This document shows, one piece after another, positions 61,164-64,000 of a DNA stretch of 64,000 nucleotides (its first letter is position 1; the number at the start of each line of letters is the position of its first letter). This DNA is from Hypanus sabinus (Eukaryota), in contig NC_082711.1 of assembly GCF_030144855.1 (NCBI RefSeq), positions 104,098,001-104,162,000 of the forward strand, given 5' to 3'. Both the position numbers and the translations under genes were made by a program. The notes under the pieces were generated by a model. The model made no database searches. It saw only the letters and a list, made by a program, of their open reading frames with translations, and was not told the DNA's origin.

Positions 61164-63039
61164 TTGATTAAGAAATTGGAGTTTTGCTGCCTTCTACCGT
61201 CTATGTGAGATGATCGGCTATTAAGGACTTTGAGACTTTTTTTATCGTGTCCATGATCTGCTCTTATCAAATTACAGTATTGCTTTGCACTGTTGTAACT
61301 ATATGTTATAATTATTTGTTAGTTAGTCTTGGTCTGTCGTGAGTTTTTGTGATATCATGCTGGAGGAACATTGTATCATTTCTTAATGCATGCATTACTA
61401 AATGGCAATAAACGAGGACTGAGTGTCCTCATAATCTATAAAAAAGCTAAATCTAAAAAAGGTATTTTATTTTAGCAGTTTTTCTGCAAACACAGTGTGT
61501 TTGGTTAGTTAAGCTTCATACATTAGTGTTTTTGTTTCCACTGAGATAAGGGACCATTTGCTCAACTTAGGAATGTTATGTCAGCCAGTTGAGTTGTCTT
61601 TGCAACTTGTTGTATCAGTCTGTTCAGTGGGATGCCATGAAACATTTGAGAGAGCTGGGTGGGATCAGACTTCTGAGGAACAGTGGGCTGGTTTTGGTTG
61701 GCAGATGTTGGAAGAAGGAGGTGCAGAAAGGAACACAGAAGAAGACACTCACAGAATCCAGCCTAAAGGGGAGACCCTTCTGCAAGAATGTGCTGATGAA
61801 TGGCATAGAGGGGGAGTTAGCCAGATTGTTCATAACACTGAGTGCTTTGTGCAGGTGAATGGCATAGAAGAGGAGTTAGCCAGTTCATTCATAACTTTTC
61901 TTGAGGGAAGATCGAACTGTGGCTGGTGACATGGGTTCAGCACTGTGAGTAAAGTGATACACCCAACTACTTTAGGAACGAGCTCCAACGTTTATGTGCA
62001 CTTTTAGATGGGTTGAACTGTAATGGGCTCTTTTATCTTTTCATCTCTTCTGAAGTGTTTGTTAAAGTTGAAATATCTGTAAATATACTTGCACTGTAAG
62101 TTTATGCCAGTGTAAGGTCTGTTATTTCCTGATGAACAACACCTTGGTGTGGAGCAGTGTTAATACAACATTCATCTCAAATCTGCATTCCCTCAGCATT
62201 CCAACTTTCCTTTTTGGTTAAACCCGAATCATACCAACCAGAAAGGCGTGTTGCTTATTGAAGGTGGCCTTCTCACCATTACCAAATGTGGCAGTTGGCC
62301 AGAGTTAGCTAATGAGCCGAGTTGGTTACGAGCCTCACTGAGAGGGTTATCCACACCTTCCAGTGAAACTTTCTCGTGATGTCTCATCATATGGTACAGG
62401 TTCAGCCATATCACATGCTATGCGTGATATGGCTGAAAGCCCCATAGGCTTTGCATCACCCTCCCTTACTGCTGCAGATAAAAAAAATTGGCACAGATTG
62501 ACAGAAAGGGCTTGAATCTGACTTGGAGTGTAAAACATTTCAACCAGTACTTGCATAGGATGGAGTTTACCCTCATTACTGTTCCTCAACCACTGGTGTC
62601 CATTTTCAATCCACAGACGGGTGTTCCACTAACAGCAGCTGCACAAATGGAGAGATGGACCTGTTTTGTGGAGCCCAAGAGACATGATGACAAGATCAAA
62701 TTCAAGAGGACAACTAATCATGGAAATGCTGATAGATTGTCCCGTTTACCTTCAGAAAGGAACTACCTGCAAAATTTACGGAAGAGGACACTCCTTTTGA
62801 CATATTCTCCTGCATGCAAATCGAAGATCTCCCTATTACGGCAAAGATGATCGAAGGGTAAACCAGAAGGGTCTCTATGCTGCCTCTGTTCTATGTGCCC
62901 ACCCAAAGTGCCTGGAGTGTACTGCTGAAATTCCAGTTGCCCCATTTTTACCAGCACCGGGATAAACTTACCCTTGATGGAATTTTCCTTATGTGGGGCT
63001 TGAGAGTTTTTGTACCATCCAAGCAGACAGCTAAGGTAA

Positions 63040-63262
63040 ACCTGAGGAAATCTGCAGATGCTGGAAATTGAAGCAACACACACAAAATGCCGGTGGAACA
63101 CAACAGACCAGGCAGCATCTATAGGAAGAAACACTGTCGACATTTCGGGCCAAGACACTTCATCAGGAACGAAGGGTCTCGGCCCAAAACGTCGTTAGTG
63201 CATCTTCCTATAGACGCTGCCTAGCCTGCTGCGTTCTACCAGCATTTTGTGTGTGTTGCAAG
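63040..63262. mobile_element. Inverted pair of Penelope termini
   Basis: Left half on the - strand (ctgatga..gaaatgtcg) and right half on the + strand (gaagggtctcggcccaaaacgtcg...cagcattttgtgtgtgttgc), joined at ~63168. Confidence 0.75.
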
Positions 63263-63539
63263 ACAGCTAAAGTGTTGGAGGACCTACATGCTGGTCATCT
63301 AGATGTGGTTAAAGTGAAAGTGTTGGTTGTAAGATTTGTCTGGTAGCCTGCAATAGATTAGCAGATCAAGCAACTTGCCATGCACTGTTCAGGATGCCAG
63401 CTCATCCAGAAGATGCCAAGTGTGGTGCCTCTCCATCCCCGGGAATGCCCTGCATTGCTCTGGCAGAGTGATCCCCTTGTCAGGAAAGACTTTACCTTGC
63501 AAGAGTAAAAAATCCTCCGCAGTGACTGACTTTTTAGAC

Positions 63540-64000
63540 TGTTACATACCTCGTGGATATCTTGTGACTGTCAAAATTGTGTATCTTGTGAGCATGATAT
63601 AATTGTCTTGTGATGATGGGGCGATGTAATTTTCCCGCCAGTGTGAGGTCACAATAATGTAATTTTCCCATTAGTGTGAGGTCACGTGATGGCATGTTCA
63701 AACAGGTATATAAGGGGAAACCCTTGTTGTCACACAATTAGCTAATTAGTTAGTTTGCTAGTTAGTTAGTTCGTTAGTTAGTTTTGCTATGTATTTGTCT
63801 CAGGACACAGTTTTCATTTTAAAGTGGAGTTTTACTTTCTATTTTAAGGTGCAAATGTTGTTATCAGCAGATTCGACAATCGCTGCCAGTTTTTGTTTGT
63901 TGCACCTTTGTTTTACCTTTACAGTCTAGCATTGAAGAGTGAAGTCCTTACCAATGTATAGGAACCTGAAGGATTGAGTAAAGTTGGTTTTGTTCAGTGG
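63540..64000 (+). mobile_element. LTR-like sequence running off the window
   Basis: Starts TGTTACA; TATA-like gtatataag at ~63706; (ttag)n; internal 60-bp-scale duplication. Confidence 0.45.

Larger units (their letters stand above)
60140..63350 (+). mobile_element. Decayed K02A2.6-like Gypsy pol interrupted by later insertions
   Basis: VFKDGIGKLKRIKG at ~60170; RH PVKL..DVSSYG, HGNADRLSRLP (62350-62760); IN LEDLHAGHL at ~63280. Confidence 0.7.

Noticed and set aside
61558-61929. 123-aa ORF
   Set aside because: Lies in LTR-like or decayed repeat sequence with an internal duplication; no recognisable protein motif.

Overview
Vertebrate genomic DNA. The repeat landscape (CR1, L1, Rex1-like, Penelope, Tc1, Gypsy) suggests a cartilaginous fish, probably a ray; this is inference only. 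No prokaryotic features or CRISPR arrays were found, and most of the window is decayed transposable elements. On the - strand are parts of two head-to-tail immunoglobulin-superfamily receptor genes of CD2/SLAM type. Gene A has a leader exon (8419-8356) spliced in frame to a cysteine-less IgV exon (778-458) and continues off the left edge. Gene B has a TM exon (54451-54319), a cytoplasmic exon (53923-53836) and a terminal exon carrying the ITSM TMYDTI (32253-32161); its ectodomain exons were not found in the window. The last intron of gene B (21.6 kb) is a nest of satellite > LTR > L1 > (L1, CR1, CR1). The region between the genes holds a retrovirus-like element with a tRNA-Asn PBS and two RNase H domains (spuma/lokiretrovirus-like), three Gypsy-type elements, an epsilon-like ERV remnant and a Penelope hammerhead ribozyme. 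A 45-bp E-box-rich VNTR lies just upstream of gene A. All gene models were read by eye and need transcript confirmation.
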